Positions 38,601 through 53,600 are shown, numbered from the stretch's first letter. The stretch is DNA of 64,000 bases from Rhina ancylostomus (GCA_030265395.1 JARFYF010000002.1:48556804-48620803); one strand, 5' to 3'. The notes: a model not told the origin generated them from the letters alone. Numbers and translations: made by a program.

Positions 38601-41600
38601 TAATTAGATTAGACATTCATTTATTGATGTCATCTGATCAGTACAAGTAGATCTGCAAAGCAACTCGTGAAGGATTGTTNNNNNNNNNNNNNNNNNNNNN
38701 NNNNNNNNNNNNNNNNAGTGACATAGTACATTGGTGACCACTGGAGTATGAAGAGGACACTGGCTTTGCTTTGGGGGCTATGTTTTTACTGGTTCGTTAA
38801 GAGAACCACTTTTATGTCAGCAAGTCTCTTGTAGCCCACTTGCCCAATCCAGCTGCCACCTATATCACTCTTTTATTTTGGCTACTCTTCAAGCTATGCT
38901 GCTTGGCCCTTGGGTACCTGCTTTCTTTGCTGCTGATCCTCTGGTATTGGCTTACTGCATTCAGCTGCTAAGGTTTTACAATGAACATGCCATGATGAAG
39001 TCTCTGCATCTGGTTGGTGTACACTGGAGGGCAATGGTACTTTTTCTTTAGAAGATGAATGCGATTTTCTGTAATGATTTATTGCATCTTTGTTGATCAG
39101 TAATAGTTGGATGGAGCACTGATATGAAGAGCCAAAGGCATAGAAAGCAGTTCTTTTCTCCCAGGATCGATCTTTGTGGAGGAAGGTGTCATGAACATGG
39201 TATTGACCATGACAAAATTCTCTGAAGATCCACACCACTGACAATGTGGAAATCTAATGGGAACATGCACCATCAATGCCTGCTACTACCTGTAGGAAGT
39301 CAGAAATGCTGGAAAATTCCACTGCTTGTGATATTACCTCTTCCTCATTACAATCAAAGTAGATGGAATCATTTCAGTAGATCATATTTTACCAAAATTC
39401 TCCAGACTCTGGGTAGGTCCCAGTGGATTGAAGACAGTGAATGTCATGCCACTGCCTTTTAAAACAAAAAGGATGTAGGCAAAAGGCAGGTAACTAAAGG
39501 CCAGTTAGCTTAACGCCTGTAGTTGGGAAAATACTTGAAGCTATCATTAAGGAAGAAGTAGCAAGACATCTGGATAGAAGTGGTTCCATCCGGCAGACAC
39601 AGCATGGATTCAGGAAGGGCAGGTCCTATTTGACAAACTTGCTGGAGTTCTTTGAGGACATAATGAGCACAATGTAATAATGTAGAGGAGAACAGGTAAA
39701 TATTGTATACTTGTATTTCCAGAAGGTGTTCGATAAGGTGCTGCATAAATGACTTATCCATGAGATAAGAATGCATGGAGTTGGGGTAAGGTATTGGCAT
39801 GGATAGAGGATTGGTTAATGAATAGAAGGCAAAGTTTTGGGATAAATGGGTGCTTCTCTGTTCGGCAATCAGTGGTGAGTGGGGTGCTGGAGGAGCTGAT
39901 GTTGGGGCTGCATACGTGAACAATTTGGAAGAGGGGACCGAATATAACGTATCTGCATTTGCTGATAACACTTAATTGAGTGGGAAAGCAAATTGTGCAG
40001 AGGATATGGAGAGTCTGCAGAGAGATATAGATAGGTTAAGTGAGTGGGCAAGGGTCTGGCAGATGGAGTACAGTGTTGGTAAATGTGAGGTCATCCACTT
40101 CAGAAGGAAAAAATGGAAGATCAGATTATTATTTGAACGGTGAAAGATTGCAGCATGCTGTTACGCAGAGGGACTTGAGAGTGCTTGTGCGTGAATTGCA
40201 AAAGGTTGGTTTGTAGATGCAACAGGTTTTCAAGAAGGCAAATGGAATGTTGGCCTCCATTGCTAGAGGGATTGAATTTAAATGCAGGGAAATTATGCTG
40301 CAACTGTACATGGTACTTCTGAGGATGCACCTGGAGTACTGTGTGCAGTTCTGGTCTCCTTGCATGAGTAAAGATGTACAGGCTTTGGAGGCATTGCAGA
40401 AGGAGGTTCACCAGATTAATTCTGGATATGAGAGGTTTGCCTATGACGGGTGAGTGAATTGCCTGGGACTATACTTTCTGGAATTCAGGAGAATGAGAGT
40501 TCTTATGGAAACATATAAAATTATGAATGATATAGATAAGAAAGAGACAGGAAGGTTGTTTCCACTGGTAGGTGAGACTAGAACTTGGGGATATGGCCTC
40601 AAGATTCGGGGGAGTAGATTTAGGATGGAGATGAGGAGGAACTGCTTTTCTCAAGAGTAGTGAATCTGTGGAATTCTCTGCCTAGGAAAGTACTAGAGGC
40701 TACCTCATTAAATATATTTAAGACACGGATAGATTTTTGCTTAGTAGGAAAACTAAGGGTTATGGAGAAAAGGCAAGTAGGTGGGGCTGAGTCCATGGCC
40801 AGAGCAGCCATGATCTTATTGAATGATGGAGCAGGCTTGATGGCCCAGATGGTGTCCTCCTGCTCCTATTTGTGTTCTTAAGTACAGGTGAGCAGTAAAC
40901 TGGGAGATGAAGGAAAGATCTATGTTAGCCACTCATAAAGATTCAGCAGCAAGGAAGTTCAGAGTAAGTCTGATGACCTTGACAGAGTGAACAGTCCAGG
41001 TACAAGACCTTGGCTGAAGGTCTTCCCTCAACTTTCCACCTTGAGTAGTCAGTCATTGACAAGAGGACATATTCAGTAATGGAATGTTATCAATGGTGTC
41101 ATCACTGAGGCACTCAGTGGATGAGTATCCTTACAGCATGTGTTGGAGGTGTAAATGGCATCATAGCCTGTGGATCTTGGAAGGTGTTTGAGCAGGCTAT
41201 AATTGGTCTTGAAGCTGCCTAATAACCAAGTATTCTGATGTCTTCAAACTGTGGCTTCAAATAGAGATAGCAGCAACTAAGTAGCAAACTGTGCTCCTAT
41301 TTCCACTGTGACTGATCCAATTTTAACTGAGCACATATACTTTATGTGCATAAATGGCTATTTAATGCATTGTACAGGACTCTATTTCTGAATTTCTGCC
41401 CCCCCCAACTATCTTCAATTCACAGTTGTTACAATATTACATGTTTGATGTAACCATCTGAGGATAAAGTTCTCTATTATCTTGCACAGTGATATCAAGT
41501 ATTTACTTAATTTTGTTCAAATTGGATTTTGTTCTGTTCATCCTCTGAATATAAAATTAGGTACAATGTTCATGATGGGCAGAGTATACTGATCAAAAAG

Positions 41601-44600
41601 AGTGGAATAATGCAGAAAAACATATCTGAGCAGTTCTCTTTGTATGTCTTCAAAAAATTAATGCATTCAAAATGATGGACAAATATAAAACTGTTAGTTT
41701 TCTATGCAATTTGGCTATACTTGATTAAGTTAAATGTATTTAATTGTCAATTATTTTGAGGCATAATTATTTATAGTTACCAGTCCAGACTATAAATATC
41801 TATTTACATTTATCTATGGGAAATCTCTTGAGCTCAAATTAAAGAATAAGTGCAAATTAGCAATTTATTTTGGAATAAGAAACATAAGCAATGATGTGTT
41901 TCTCAGTATAACACAAGTTTCTCAATTTCATGGTCCAAAAAAAACTAGCTATCAATTGTGTTTTGCTATTTTATATTTTCATTAAAACCATTTAATATTA
42001 ATTGATGATGAAGACTTTTGGTATGCTGGCCTTCAGTCAGGGCACAGAGTACAGAAGTTGAGATGTTATGTTGGAGTTGTACAAGATGTTGGTGAGGTTG
42101 CATTTGGAATATTGTGTTCTGTTTTGGTCACCCTGCTATAGGAAAAATGCCATTAAGCTGAAAAGAGTGAAGAGGAGATTAACCAGGATGTTGCTGGTTC
42201 CTGAGGGACTAAGTTATGGAGAGAGGTTGAGCAGNNNNNNNNNNNNNNNNNNNNNNNNNNNNNNNNNNNNNNNNNNNNNNNNNNNNNNNNNNNNNNNNNN
42301 NNNNNNNNNNNNNNNNNNNNNNNNNNNNNNNNNNAACCAGGATGTTGCTGGTTCCTGAGGGACTAAGTTATGGAGAGAGGTTGAGCAGGTTAGGACTTTA
42401 TTCCTTGGAATGTAAGGGACTGAGCGGTGATCTTGTAGAGGTATATAAAATCATAAGGAGCATGCATGGGGCCAATGCACACAGTATCTTTCCAAGGGTT
42501 GGGGAGTCGAGAATTAGAGGGCACAGGTTTAAGGTAAGAGGGCAGAGACTTAACAGGAACCTGAGGGGCAACTTTTTATTCTCCCAGGGGGTGGTCAGTA
42601 TATGGAATGAACTGCCAGATGAAGTGGTTGAGGCAGGTACATTAACAACATTCAAAGGGTACTTGGACAGGCAGATGGATGGAAAGGTTTAGAGGAATAT
42701 AGGACTAACTTAGATGGGAATTTTGGTCAGCATGGACCAGTTTGGCTGAAGGGCCTTTTTCTGTGTTGTATGACTCTCTAACTTGCCTACAAAGTGGAAC
42801 ATTTTTTCAAAAAGTTTGGAAGTATTCACCCTTATTTTTATTTGCACAACTATTCAAAAAGGAAAACAAATGCTAAAAGGGTAGTGTAAAAGATTGATTA
42901 AGTTGCTTGGTGATTAAAGCATCATCATCCCAAAATTTAAAAATGTATGTTCTGTACTACTTTGATTTTCAGAGCGCTCTCACAGGTCTTGGTTTTTTAG
43001 TTTTGATGGTTNNNNNNNNNNNNNNNNNNNNCCATACGAAGGTCATCAAGCTGCATCTGGTCGAAACATAGAAAGGTAAATTGCAGTTCTCAAGTTGTAG
43101 TGCACAAGCCACTGAAGTTCTGTGGACAATTGGCAAATTCAGGAGAATAGCAATATCAAACAAATGAAGGTCTAGAACATCAGACTGTTACTGATAGGTG
43201 AGTAAAATAAAACTTAGACATTTTAAACTACTTTTCCTAATAAATGGGGTTCAAACCTTATTGGCAGTTACTGGGCTATCTTGTTTATACACAATAACCT
43301 CAGGATTGCATTGTAATGAGGGATCATGGTTTAAGCAAGAAGAATTAGTTGGGAGAAAATATAACTGGCTGTCAGCAGCCAGTTTCCTTTAAGGTTATTC
43401 AGATACTTGTATCAGTATATTAACATCTCCTGGTCTTAATATCTATTACAGTAGAGTTAGAAATGACAGTGCCCATGATGTCCTTTTCAGATCGCTGAGT
43501 TCAATAGACTTTGACTGGTAAGGCTGTAATTTCACAGGGCATTGCAGAAAACACACACTCATGGATGGGCTTCCACTTCAAGCTAAGCACAAAATCTGAA
43601 GTATTTCTGAATGCTGCTGATGAACTGTAGCACAGAAGGAAACAGATGGTGCTGTTGTATTAGAGATGGCACTCTTGTGTTCTGCTTAGTCAGGAGCCTT
43701 GATTAGACATGAACATTAGAAGTTCATATCTAAACTACATCTCCAGATTATGTTCATTCTGCAGGCAGTACCAGAGGTGCTTCGGCAGCCAATTAACCAA
43801 TCTCCAAGATTAGTTTCAGATAATACCAGCCAATTAATGTTGACATTTTTATCAACTGCAAGACCATTAAATCTAAAGTTTTTAAACTCTGGGACCAATG
43901 AACTCTCATTTATGAGGAGAGCATTTAAGTTTTACATTATTGGAAAAAAAAATCAGTTCCCTAATCTACATGGCAGTCTGCTTTCTGGAACCTTCCCAGA
44001 GCTTTGCCATTTCTATCACTAAAATGCAGTACATGGGACAGCTGAAGAAATACAGTTAAGCTTAACTATGTGGGATCTTGTTATAGGTTCACTTGGTTGT
44101 CTATTTGTCTTGGTTTATGATTTTATGTTGAGACTTTCGTTCACATGACAATGCTTTTCTCAGTCTTGCACGCATGAAAGACAATTATCTCCATTTATTT
44201 AATAATTTATTTATTGTTCCCATCGTCTCCATCACCCACAATCAGCCACCTCACCACCCCTAGCCCCTAGAGTATGACACGGTTATGTGCTTTTTCAGGT
44301 TAAATCATGCCACTTTGCAAATCCAGCCAAGCATTTCCTGCTGTAAATCACATTTATGTGGATGAGCTATTAACTGGGTGACATCATTCCTGCAATACTC
44401 ACTCAGAGTATTGTCAGGATAAATTAGTTGCATTGATTCAGAGCACTTCTGCTGTTGGGTAACCCAAAAGCAAGTTTTCATAGCACTGCCTGCACTGCAG
44501 CTGTGTGATTTTTTAAAAAAATTTTTTGAGAGTGCCCCTGAGCAATTCCCAGGCCTGGTACTGCAAGCCCTACTTAGATAGGTCCTTAAGGTTTTAACTT

Positions 44601-47600
44601 GCTGGTTCTTGTTGGTCCTCCACTCCTACCACCAAGGAACATGAACACGCAGTTCCCTGACACACTGAATCAATCCATGGTTGTGTTTGCAGGCCCCACC
44701 AGTGCCAATCCTCACCCGTCCCCAACATCCAGTCTACCCCTGATTGTCCTGATTTCCATGTGCGCTCTGAAGAAAAGGCATTTTTCCTAGCTTAAAGCCA
44801 ATTCAATATAACACCTGGCACTATTTCATGAAGCAAACCATAACCAAAACAGTTGTTGGAGCACAACCTGGTGGCTGATTACCCTATTAGAAAATCCTAG
44901 GCAGCACCTTTTTTTCATAAACAGATACTTTTGGGAGATGAGTGCTGCCAGCAAAACCAGAATTTGTTCTTCATCTGTAATTGCTTTTGAGAAGTTTACA
45001 GTGAGCCACGTTGCATAGTAATTTAGGTATAACTTATTGTCAGTTAAGTGCCCTATATTCTTAAGGGATAAACTAAGTTATTTGGGAGGGGAAAAGCCGA
45101 TTGAAGCATGTTTTACAGTACCCAAATGTTTTTGGTATGTTCAGACTATTTTCTTGTACAAGGTATTCTCAAAATGATCTTAAAAATCAAGACAAAACTT
45201 GATGAATGAAATATATTTTGGAAGCAGCAATATGCTTACTCAATTATATGTCTGACAGAACAACTGCTGATGAATTTTCCAGCCATGATATTTATTATTG
45301 AGCACAGAGTAAATTCAGACAATACGAATCTTTTTGGAGTAAAAAGTAAACTGCTGGAAGAACTCAGTGGGTCAAGCAGCATCTGTGGAGATAAAAGGGA
45401 TGTTTCGGCACCTCTTGTTGAGACCCTGCGTCAGGGTCTACTTCTTTTGGCAAGGAATCCATCCTCGCCCTCCACTGATGACCTCACTCCAGTTCTAAGC
45501 CTTGCCATATCTTTACAATTCGCTCCCACTTGACATCCCCCTCGCTGATGCTGAGTGGTCAGTCCTTGGCAGACATCCGCCTTTGTATCCCTGTGCTTGC
45601 ATCTCAATGAATTCCAGGCCTGATATGATGACGAGCTCTTTTTCCACCACCTCCTTGCCTGTTTCTTCAGCAAGGAATCCTCATCCCCAACCGATGACCC
45701 TTTCTCATGTCTTCACCACTTCCCCTCCACTTGGACATCCTCTCTGGCCTTTTACCCTCTCTTGGCCTTTTCATTTCCAGTTGCTGATGTGACATTAACC
45801 ACCTTGACCTCTCCACTTTACCTTGCTCACTCAATGATACCCCCTCTTATTGCTTCCTCTCACTTTGGACCAATCCCAACCTCGTTATCAAAACCACTGA
45901 CAAGGACTTTACCTGACAAGGTCTGGCAATGCTGACCTCTACCTTGCAGAGGACAGTTCTCAGATGACAGCTCATGCTTTCCACTGGACCATGACCCTAT
46001 AAATGGACACCAGGCCATAGTCGCCTGTACCATTACAGACCTCATCATATCAGGAAAGTCTCAGGGCCCTCAGCTTTCTGGAACAAAGACCCAACCAGTT
46101 TCCCTCCACCAGCGCTATCTGCCTGTTAGAACTTGTTCTTACCCTCCACTTTTTTTTTGATTCCTTCCACTTTCTACAGAAGAAAGGTGAAGCTATGGGC
46201 ACTCGCATGGGTCCTAGTTATGCCTGTCTTTTCCTTGGCTTCTTGGAGCAGTCCTTGCTCCAAACTTAATCTGGCACCCTCCCCAACTCTGCTACCTGTA
46301 CAGCTGCATTGGTGCTGCCTCCTGCACTCGTGTGGAACTCATCTATTTTCTTGCCTTTTCCACCAACTTTCATGTGGATTTGTCTGACATTCTCTTCCCT
46401 TTTTATCTCTATCTTTTAGAGGTAAACTAGCCACTATAGCTACTGAACATCCATAGGCTCCCACAGCTATCTCAACTGTACCTCCTCCCACCCTTCTTTA
46501 AGGGCACCATCTCAGTTTCTCTGTCTCTATTGCATCTGTTCTCAAGAAGAGGCTTTCTGCTCTGGAACTTCTGACACGTTCCCCTTTCTCTAGAAATATG
46601 GCTTCCTCTCTGCCCTTGCACTCATTTCCTGCATGTCTCTTCCCACTCCATCCCCTTCTCCAGACAACAGAAATTAAGCTCCTTTGGACCTCTCCTTTCA
46701 CTCCACTAGCCTCTGCATCAAGCATATCCTCCTTCACCATTTCTGTCAGCTCTAACGGGATCCCATCACCAGTCACATCTTTCCCCCTCCCCAACTTTCT
46801 GCTTTCTTTTTTCAGGGACCATTCTCTCTGTGACTTGCACTTTTCCCTGCAGCTTCAGGAGGTGCAACACTTTGTCCTTTCACCTCCTCCCTCATCAACA
46901 TCCAAAGACCTAAACAACCCTTCCAACTGAAGCAGAGATTTGCATGCACCTCCTCCAACCTCGTCCACTGTGTCTGGTGCTTACAATGTGGCCTGCTGTA
47001 CGTTAGTGAGACCAAGCATAGACTAGGTGACTGTTTTGCAGAGAACTTGCTCTCTGTCCAAAATGGCCATTTTGAGCTTCCAGTTGCACATCTTTTCAAC
47101 TCCACTTCCCATCCCCACACTGATTGGTCTGTCCTCAGCCTTATTCAATGCCACGGTGAGGGCAAATGCCTGGTCCACTCGGGATCTCTCCCTTTGTTCA
47201 TCTTTTCCATCCTTCTCCTTCTTGTAACCTAGACTCATCACCCTTCCCCACCAGGTTCCATCTGCCTATCTATGTGGGCTTCTCTCTTGGTTTGCCTTTC
47301 CTTTACCCTCCCCCTCCTGGTTCAATCAGTCCATCCTTCCTCTCTTATCTGGTTCTACCTGTCACCTACCAGCCTCTGTCTATCTGTCTTCATACTCTGT
47401 GTTCCTTCTCCACTCCCACCAGTCCTCCCAGATTCTCTCTCCCTTTTGTTCACCTTTTCTATTACCATCTTCTGGCTCCAACCCATTATCTTACCTGCAC
47501 TTCTGTACAATGGCCAAATTTCTTTTTCCTCCTCCTCCCCCAACCACCCCCCCCCCCCACAGTCCTGATGCAGGGTCTTGACCTGATACTTCAATACATC

Positions 47601-50600
47601 CCTTTTGCTTCCAGAGATGCTACTTGACCCACTGAATTCTTTGACCCATTGAGTTCTTACAACAGTTTATTANNNNNNNNNNNNNNNNNNNNNNNNNNNN
47701 NNNNNNNNNNNNNNNNNNNNNNNNNNNNNNNNNNNNNNNNNNNNNNNNNNNNNNNNNNNNNNNNNNNNNNNNTTTATTACTTGTGCCTCTAGATTCCAGC
47801 ACTTGCAGTTTCTTGTTTCTCCATGAATATTTTTGTGCTGATGATTGACTGCCCATAGGGAATAGGTTAAAGGTGTAATACCTTTTCAGCCATTCGTAAT
47901 AAATTCAGATGGCCCTGATATGAAGAATAAGTTTAATTCTCAGGTCTGAAAGGTGAAATAACCATAGTTCTAACTTGCTGGGTCACTGAATTGTATCTTT
48001 GTAGAGATTTAAGTTGCTTGCAGGGAGTAATTTTAGGATTATTTAAAAACTGGTATCTTTCTTTATGCGATGATCATTGCAAAGAAAGGAATATGCTGTT
48101 CATTATTTATCGGTAAGAAATGGTTTTCCTTTATAGTGCATTAGGTTGCCCATACTCTGAGATCAACCTCAACAGGGAAAATGTGCTGCAGGATCGATTG
48201 AATGGAGAAATGCCAGTGTCAAGTCCTGGTATACCAAGGAACAAGAAGGTGGAAGCAGATGGAGTAGAAACAATCCCATGTTCATCTACCATCACATCTC
48301 AAGGGTCTGAGATTCTTTTTCATGTTATTTTGCAGCTGAATATTTCATACTTAGAGCATTTCATTTCTCTGAATTATTACCTTAGTTGATTAAATTCTGT
48401 TTCTCAGAGAATACTAAATCCGTTGGTATTTGAAGGCTCTGGGTTGTATCCCTCAGAACAATGTGATCTAGGATTGGAAACTGTTCACCTTCAAACAGTG
48501 GTTGCTTTGTATTTTAATTTTTTTTTACATTTGTGGTCTGTTGCTTTGTTGTGCTTAACATTTATTAATACTTCTGCTTTTTCCCTTATCACTAGGTGTT
48601 AATTTATTATGTTTAATTTACATTTTCTTCGTCCTCTGGCAATTGTTTTCTTATAATTGCATCATCTTAATTTTTGCTTAAATGTTGCTTTTGGTTTATC
48701 ACCTCATTGTATTGTTATTATTATTTCAATTTCTTTGATTTAGTTTCCTGGACCTTAATTGAATTGGTTTTTGTGTGGCAAGCTTCAGTTTTGCTCCCTA
48801 ATATTGTGGTTCACCCAGATGCATACCCATACTTGGCCCACCCCAGCTGCTCACCCAGCTATCCCATTTGTTCCCTCCAGTCCTTCCGCATTGCTGTCTT
48901 GATGACTTGATATAAAATCTTTGTGCTTCCAGAGAACACAAAGAATTACATGGGTTCTTTTCCTAAATTTTACTTGACCAGTTTGAGCCATGCTTCTATT
49001 TCATGGTGCAATGCTGAGTTCTAAGTACAGGTTTAATGTCCATATCCAAAGCCTAATCTCCTTGCTTTTAAGGTGATTTACTGGAATGGGGCCTTGGGTG
49101 ACCTTGAATTGGATGGAGCTCTACTCATTGTAGGTTAGAAGATTTAAGAATTGTTTTCATTTGAAATAAGTAAGGTTTTAAAAGGACTTGACTAGATAGT
49201 TGCTTGGCAGATGTATCCTCTGGCTAGTAAAATTCCAAAGGATGTGTGGGGAAAAAAGAGGGACCTGATTGTTTTCATGTACAAATCCTTGATAGTGGAA
49301 AGGCATCTTGAGAGGGTGGTTAGTGAAGGGTATAATATTCTGGGACACCTAAAGAGAGGCAGAGAAAGTACAAAGTTTTGCTTATCAATATTCCTCGGAT
49401 TGTGCCACAACTGGAGTATTGCATAACATGCTGCTCATCACATATTAAGAAGCATGTGAAGACCCTAAAGAAGGTGCAGAAAACATGAACTAGAATGGGT
49501 TCCAGGAATTTGGTCATGTGGACTGAAGAAACAGGAGTTGTTCTCCTTGGAGAAGAGTGAGAGAAGTTTGGATTAGCTAGGATAAATAGAGGGAAGCTGT
49601 TTCATTGGAAGAACAAGGGCAGAATGGTTATAATCTACAATACACTGCCTACAGTGGTGGCAGAAACAATTAATCAATGCCTTCTACACCCAAGTGGAAA
49701 GGCATGAGAGAGAATTACTTGGAAAACTATCATGAAACAGCAAGGGAATGAGACTGACAGGATCGCTCTTCTACTTGCTGGGATAGACTAGGAATGTCTA
49801 ATAACTACCTCCTTTGCTGAAATGATTCTATGGAGAGTCCAGAATTAGACAGAGGGTATATTTAAAACTGAGATGAAAAGAAATATTTTGGAGGATTGTA
49901 GCTCTCTGGAATTCTTTACCCCAGAAAGTACTGATTGCACATTTAGTGTATCTGAGGAATGAAGGAATATAGAGATCGTTCAGCAAAGTGTACTTTAGAG
50001 CAGACTCAACCATGTGTATGGTCTACTGCTTCTCCTACTTGAGTTATTTACTGCTCCTACTCCTTGCAGCCTCTTTTTGTTTTGGGCTGTCCCTTGAGGT
50101 TGAAGATGACTTGCTTCAGTTCTCATGTGGGTTCTAGGGTGGCTAATAATGAGGTGGATAATGAAATAATGATCATTTTAAAATAATGTTATTGATCTAC
50201 TATACAAAGTAGAATTTGAAAGGTTGCACTTCATATGAAACAAAAAGCTGACAGTAAAAGGCCTTGGGAGGAGAAGGACAGACCGATAAAATGAATAGAT
50301 GTATTGCAGATGAAATTGAATGCAGGAAAGTATAAACTGGTATGGTTTGGTAGGAAGGAAGTGGGAGACAATGAGAAGTAAATAGTACAATTTTAAAGCA
50401 CAGCTGGGCAGGCAGAAACAGCATGACCCGTGGGTGCACGCACTCAAGCATTTGAAGATGGAGGACAAGTTGAGTAGGCTGTTACACGTGTTAATTGGAC
50501 TCTTGCCATTATTCACAGAGAATATTTTTTGAAGTTTAATAAGTATATCAAATAGTAATTCAGCATAATAAAACATTATTCATTTATTTTAACCTGGCAC

Positions 50601-53600
50601 AGGTATTGTAGCTTAATTTAAGTTGATTGTTAAATGCTTTGATGAAGCAGCTTATTGGCCAAACAAATGATTTGCCACTGGTGTTTGGAGATGATTGAAC
50701 ACATGCTATTAGAATGAGAATCACATATTCTAACAATAAGATAAATGTAAAATGGGGCTTCAAGTAACCTTAATAAAGTTGCTAGTTAACTTGACTCTAC
50801 AGCACAAAAAAATATTTGACACAAATTGGCAATCACTCCAAGAATCTTAATGTGAACAACGGAGAAAAAGCTTAATTGGTACTTTGGGGTATGTTTCTCT
50901 GAAGATGCTGACAAAAATGAATTGTTGGATCAGAGGGGAAAAATGTATTTCTCATTGAACTGTAGGCACGTGACTCCACATGCTGCCTACCTGAATGAGA
51001 AAATATTCAGTCTGCAATACTAACTTCCATTTCTTCAGCTCAAAAATCACAAAAAAAAAACCCATTTCAAATTAATTCAAATTTAAATACAATAATGTTT
51101 GGTCTACAGAAAATGCTCAAAGGACAATTGGCTCTCAGAAGTAGCTATTGAAGGAAAAAGGAGTGCTGAGGATTCTGTCTCTGATGAAGAATCACCATGC
51201 AAAAAATCCCTTTTGTTTGCTAGCAAAGGAAGAAAATATCCCAGGTCAGCATTCCACGCAAATGCAAACTCTAATCTATTGTCCTCAAAATGCCTAGTGT
51301 TCTTGTAATTGCAGTGTGATTACTGGGTACAGGAGTCAGTGTAATTTGTTAATTATTTTGTGTTCTCCGCTTTATCCTTCATGCATGCATGATTTTGCCT
51401 AGAAGTTCTTGCCCTGCCCATAGCTATATAGCAGCAGTGAAGGATTGTTCTCCTTATTTTAAGTCAATGGAACCAATTTTCAAAAGTAGAACACCAGTTA
51501 CAGATAAAGTTTTAGGCAACTGAACAGCATTGCAACAAGGGCATTTACCCACAAATGTGGAGAATTGCTCAGTGTATATATACGTAAAAAAGCAAGACAA
51601 ATCCAATCAATACTGCCCGAATCAGTCCACATTCAACCATTACCAAATTGATAGGAAGGTGTCATGGTGCTTTCAAGTGGTCCTCACTTACCAATGCCCA
51701 CTTGGTGCCAAATTGGGTTTTGGCAGGATTATTCACTCCAGACCTCATCACAGCTTTGGTCCAAACATGGACCAAGGAGCTGAATTCCAAAAGTAAGGTG
51801 AAAGTAATTGCACTTCAAGGTACCATTTGATCAAGTGTGGCATCAAGGCATAAAACTGAAGTCAATGGATGTCAAAGTGCAAACATTCCAAGGGCTGGAG
51901 TCATATCTTGCACAAAGGAAGATGCTCCAGTTATTGGAGGTCAATCACCTCAACCCTAGGACATTGCTTCGGGTGTTCTCTGGGGCTATGTCTTGGCTCG
52001 TAGCTCCCCCTCTGTACTAGCCCAGCAGCCAGACTTGCCTTTATGTGGCTTCCAGTGACCTCAACACCTTGACCCTATGGTTGTTCTATGAAGCAACACC
52101 AACCAAGGCATGAGAGAACAAGTGGACTTCAGGCAGCGCAACCAAAGGCCTTGCCCACAAATTGCCCTGATAGTAAATGCCTCGTTACTGTTTCTAAATG
52201 TCTCTGATAATTTAGAAAATTAAAGAATGTTTTTAGACATGAAGTTGGTTAATTTAGAGTATAAACATACATCAAAATAAGGGAAATGAGAAATAAAGAA
52301 GACATTCAAACTTGCATTTGTAATGAAGGTCAGCAAGCCTATTCAGATGAATGAGACTGTGCTGCATGTGCCAGCTGAGGGGGTAAATGTGAGTGTATTT
52401 ATTTCCTCAGCCATGCAACTTGCAGAGCACTCTGGTCTCAATGGTGAGTCTGGGGATGAAACAAAAGGTCAGAGTGGTGAATCTGACTTCTGGCATGTTC
52501 CCATCTCCTGCACTGCACTGCACAGGAATGAGAGTCTGGAGTGCACTGGAGCTAGCCAGCCAGTTCTGTAGAGAAATGCCAGCTAGCTGTCTGCGTGTTC
52601 TGGCCCTTATTTTAACTTGTGTGGCAATTCCACATATCTAAGTAAAATACATCACTGCATCACTATCACATATTCTATAGAATTTGAAATAGTTATTTGA
52701 AGGTAAATGCTTTACTGGATGGGTGGGGAGGGAATGGGTGCAAGGAGAAGAGGGATTGTATTTGATTAGAGCCTCCTGAAATATGTTTCTGCAGTATAGC
52801 CTAAACAGTAGAATTTTTCAAAAATAAAATTAACAGTTCAATATGTGGACTGGTGCTTAAATAGGCTAGAACTTTGTCCATAAATATATGTATCATCATT
52901 CAAATAGTACTATGCTTTTTAAGATGTTTTGATTTTGTTGGAATGGTAGCCATGCGGTTTTACATTACTTTGCAGAGTTTGATGAATAGATTTACTGCTC
53001 AACTTAAAATTTACCAAAAGCTCCAGACAGTTGCAGAGCTTCAGAAATTATCTCAAAAATATTATTGCAGAAATGAACATTAATTTGACTGTACTTGACG
53101 TTATGTAGGTTTAACTAACAAAATGATGCTTTGCTTTGGACATCTATCACTTTCACAAAGAATATTTTAAACTTCTGATATTTAGTAATGCCATATAATG
53201 TGCAAATTCCCCCGTAAATTGAGTTTGTCTGGCAACTTATTTACTATGTCAAAAATTAGTCAAAATAGTTGGATTATATTTTAATTTAAATTGAAACATT
53301 TTACTCCTTTTCAGAATCCTTTCATGAAATGTATACACATGCATATTTTTATTAATGTAAATTGCAGTAACATCTGATGAAGGTGGACATTGAAATACAT
53401 TAATAGTTCCTGTGCCACTTTCATCCCAGTGCAATGAAATGCATGACCTGGAAATTTGGTCATGTGATGTATTTTATTTTTGCATCATGGAATTGAAGGA
53501 TTGAATGTTAAAATAAAATTGGTAGCTAAAAGCAGTCAGGTCCTTTTCAGAATACATGCAACTCTCAAATGGTTATTTGTGCATAATACACCTGAGTATG

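Noticed and set aside
48674-48910. Pro-rich ORF downstream of the zinc-finger/linker exon
   Set aside because: No recognisable homology and no clear donor before stop codons
51039-51109. Alternative upstream acceptor (ttcttcag) for the linker exon
   Set aside because: The in-frame extension contains TAA
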